Positions 35,458 to 38,522 of a stretch of 38,522 bases of DNA are shown piece after piece. Made by a program: the position numbers and the translations under genes. The notes below the pieces were generated by a model. That model did not search any database. It worked only from the letters and a program-made list of their open reading frames with translations, and had not been told where the DNA came from. How positions within the stretch are numbered: the stretch's first letter is position 1; every line of letters begins with the position of its first letter. Source of the DNA: Octopus bimaculoides (lineage: Eukaryota); NCBI RefSeq assembly GCF_001194135.2, contig NC_068985.1, positions 37,043,165-37,081,686 on the forward strand, given 5' to 3'.

Positions 35458-35656
35458 TACAATTTTTGACACAAGACCGGCAATTTTGGGTACTGGGGGC
35501 AAGTCGGTTACATCGACCCCAGTACTTGACTGATACTTTACTTTATCGATCCGAAAGGGGGGGGGGGCAAAGTTGATTCGATAAGATTTTAACGCTGAAC
35601 ATAAAGAACCGGAAGAAATGCTTTAAAACATTTTGCAAGAATCGATAACGATTCTA
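35458..35656 (-). mobile_element. SINE family A, diverged
   Basis: AATTTTTGACACAAGACC, TACATCGACCCCAGTAC, TTTATCGATCCGAAAG and GATAACGATTCT. Confidence 0.72.
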
Positions 35657-35814
35657 AATAAGGAAGATAAAGAATGATTAGCTTAATGATTTATTAAGGT
35701 CAAGAAAGTTAAGGGAGATAACCACTAATTGGAAGTAAATAGAAAATAATTAAAGATAGAACGTAGAGAAGTGTCAGAGTTTTCAGGCTTTTGTGATAAT
35801 AGCCATTGAAAAGC

Positions 35815-36147
35815 AAAATGGACTTTAAAAGTAACCAACCAACGGCTCTACTCAGAGACTTAGATGCGTCTTGTTACTTGTATGATTCAGGAGTGCCAGC
35901 TCAGACAGTTTGGCTACGTTGCTCGATTTTCCGAGTTAGACCCTGCTTATCGTGTTCTCTTCACGGAAGATCCGGCTGATGGTTCGTGTTGTTCGACCAT
36001 ATGCCACGTCGTCACGGCAGATGAGGAGTTATCTCGCGGCGATGAAGAACTGACTGGGATCGGGGAATATACCGACAAATGGTGAATGCATGCAACGCTC
36101 TGCAACGGTACATGGCCCCTTATCTGACCTGACTTGACCTGACCTGA
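35815..36147 (+). mobile_element. 5'-truncated RTE (Expander/RTE-X-like) LINE 3' end
   Basis: SNQRLYSET*MRLVTCMIQECQLRQFGYVARFSELDPAYRVL resembles the RTE C-terminus (RQLRLFGHVARF..DPA). It ends in a tandem (CTGAC/TTGAC)n tail at 36124-36147. Confidence 0.72.
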
Positions 36148-36474
36148 AATTGGTTAGGCAAAATGCCTCAATGAGGGAATGTTATACCAACAGGTCTGAC
36201 ACTGATAATATTTAAAAGCAGATGCTTCTTCATCCATCTTTGATGAATGTAGCTTTCACCATTATGAGTTAATGACATCAGACGGCATCCAACGATCATC
36301 GGGTGTTTTGACGTTGAACCATAAAGCCCTTCCGTTGGTAGGTCTGTAAAAATGGTCATATCACTGCTGAACATCTGGCTTTCAGCTTGGTTCCTCTTTC
36401 TCATTACAGCATATTTGATTTCGTGAAAGACAAAGAAATAAATTAACATACAAATTTTAAAAAATAGGTGAGAT

Positions 36475-36645
36475 GAAAAGGCAGAAATAGAGAAAGAGAG
36501 AGAGAGGAAGAGAACAAGAAAGAGAGAGAAAGAAAGTGAAAGAGGGAGGAGGAAAGAGAGAAGGAAAGAAAGACAGAGAGAGAGAGCGAGTGCAATCGAA
36601 AGAAAGAGAAGGGGAAGAGAGGGAGAAAGGAAACGAGGAGAGAAT
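36475..36645. repeat. GA-rich polypurine tract
   Basis: Directly visible. Confidence 0.85.
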
Positions 36646-37398
36646 TTTAAAATGATTTTTAATTCTGACTGAAACTAAAAACGTAGTAAGTCAAGTAGGT
36701 AGTTTGAGAAGATTAAATGTTCAGTGAATTTTGTGCCCGTAGTGACCTTAAAATAGTAATATAGTGTTATGAGAAGCGTGACAAGAAAAATAGTTTCATG
36801 TTACTGCTGTTTCAATGAAATGAACTTCAAAATATATTTTAAAATTTTTTAAAAGTTGCCCACAATTTTGTTCATGATATTAACTCACAAAGTGTAGGCA
36901 ACTGTGATTATTATCAGAAAATGATGAGAAGAAACATATATATAAATTGAAATTATTTTCACACTGGTGACTGCCATGATTCTGCACAAAACAAATCAGT
37001 TGCAGCGCAGACTTCAACATGACGGGTTGGGGCTCTCTATCATGGTAACGCGTGCTGAGGAAGGTGAGGCTATTTCGCCAGTCCAGAAACCGGTCCACGT
37101 GAGTCCAAATACTTGAACGCATGCCGAGAGATTGTCTTAGCCGGTTTACCTTCGGACGTTTGATTTCTGTAGTTACTATCAGAGGTTTTTGAAAAAAGGT
37201 TTTGACTGTTATTTCCAGCAGGTAGACATACTTAGTATGTCCTTTGATTAATTTTAATCCTTCCGCTATTTAATGCTTTTTGGGGGCCTGCAATCACCTA
37301 TATTATTGATTCTGTTATTATCATTTTTAAATTGTTACACTAGATAATAATAGAGTCAATGATACCTTCGCAAATTACTTTTTCTCGTNNNNNNNNNN

Positions 37399-37468
<70 letters not shown>

Positions 37469-37738
37469 GAAAGAAAACTTTACAGGGAAATTTAATGCTG
37501 GGGAGTGATAATCGAGTTTGTACTATATAAACTTAATGCATGCATCGTGAAATAACCAGCAATGAAGTCATCTAGGATATGTTATATCCCAGACAAGTAA
37601 CGGAAGCGATTTTGCTCGGCGTCGGACCAACTCTGCACAACTGAGTACTGAATACTTCTTTAAATAGGAATATTTCCAGTTTCACAACCTGCAATTATCC
37701 AAGCTATGTTGTATGATAAGTATTCTAGCTATACAGAG

Positions 37739-37955
37739 TGGAGGCGCGTGACTTAGTGGTTAGGGGTGTTGGACTCGAGATCTTAAGATTGTAGTTTTGA
37801 TTCCTGGACCGGACGACACGATGTGTTCTTGAGCAAAACACTTCTTTTCAGTGTTGCTCCAGTCCACTGATATGGCAGAAATGAATAATCCTGCAACAGA
37901 CCGGCATGGAAACCAGGAAACCAGCCCTTATGTGTCTGCATGACCCGAAGTTTCT
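37739..37955 (+). mobile_element. SINE family E (tRNA-derived; V/CORE-like centre)
   Basis: The head TGGAGGCGCGTGACTTAGTGGTTAGGG is similar to the family C head. A B-box-like GTTTTGATTCC follows, then GTGTTCTTGAGCAAAACACTT, which resembles conserved SINE central domains. Confidence 0.75.
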
Positions 37956-38121
37956 TTATCTAGCTTTACAGAACCATCCTTGTAAGAGAAACGACGAGAT
38001 GCGAACAAACAACTGCAAGGCAATGTTCTACAGAAAACTCTAGACACAAACGTTTGTATCTTTTCAGAAAGACTTCGCCGTATAATTCTGAATATCGCTT
38101 AAAAATCATGTGGTTTCGAGT

Positions 38122-38275
38122 TACCGTATTTTAACGTGTATAAGAAACCCCCTAATTTTGGGGGCTTAAAATTTGGAAAAAAGATTTTGTAGGGGATTAT
38201 GATACTATCCATGTACAAGAAACTATCATATTTTTTTAACCTAATTTTTCACAATAAAAAAAAGGGGGGGGGGTA
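38122..38275. mobile_element. pogo/Tc1-like MITE remnant with one TIR
   Basis: Starts TACCGTATTTTAACGTGTATAAGA, the same terminus type as 29768. There is an internal repeat GTA(T/C)AAGAAAC; the second TIR is not seen. Confidence 0.42.
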
Positions 38276-38522
38276 CATCGTACTTGACTAGTCTCAGTTT
38301 CTCACTTCTGTACTTCAAGATGTGAGAAACAGAAAGAACTCAGAATATATATTCTTGAAATATTTTACTAATTTTAGTTATTAAATTGCGGCACTGCCTT
38401 GCCTCTATCAACACGAGTGGTTATTTTATCGACATACTTATAACAGTGAGACAAAACAAAATTAATTAACGATAATTAAACTCGTAATCCAGCGAAAAAG
38501 TCATTAGTTTGATGGATTGATG

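Noticed and set aside
36222-36337. Possible internal exon (DASSSIFDECSFHHYELMTSDG...) between AG and GTAGGT
   Set aside because: The acceptor lacks a pyrimidine tract and the peptide is unrecognised; only RNA-seq could support it.

Overview
AT-rich, repeat-dense eukaryotic DNA with ten N gaps, all next to simple repeats. I recognise no intact protein-coding gene, tRNA or rRNA gene, or CRISPR array; most ORFs in the track are microsatellite read-throughs. The SINE families and microsatellite load resemble a coleoid cephalopod genome, probably Octopus (inference from family recognition, no database search). Contents: (1) a decayed DD34D mariner at 21083-22300 that keeps only its right TIR; (2) LINE relics of the RTE clade (13440-14700, 22605-23400, 35815-36147) and the R4/Dong clade (28890-29570, 34480-34716, 34771-34944), plus a Penelope GIY-YIG fragment (31701-31870); (3) more than 25 SINE or SINE-like copies, including about 17 copies of one tRNA-derived family ('A'), a CORE-type family ('B') and a hybrid copy; (4) two pogo/Tigger-like MITE remnants; (5) many compound microsatellites. 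The most notable observations are an inverted SINE cluster that could form dsRNA (32.7-34.2 kb), retro-modules stacked in a (TAA)n tract (30.0-30.9 kb), module shuffling between SINE families, a conserved 3' hairpin in family A, and a candidate first exon near 11.2-11.9 kb. Family labels A-E are my own working names, and most TE boundaries are approximate.
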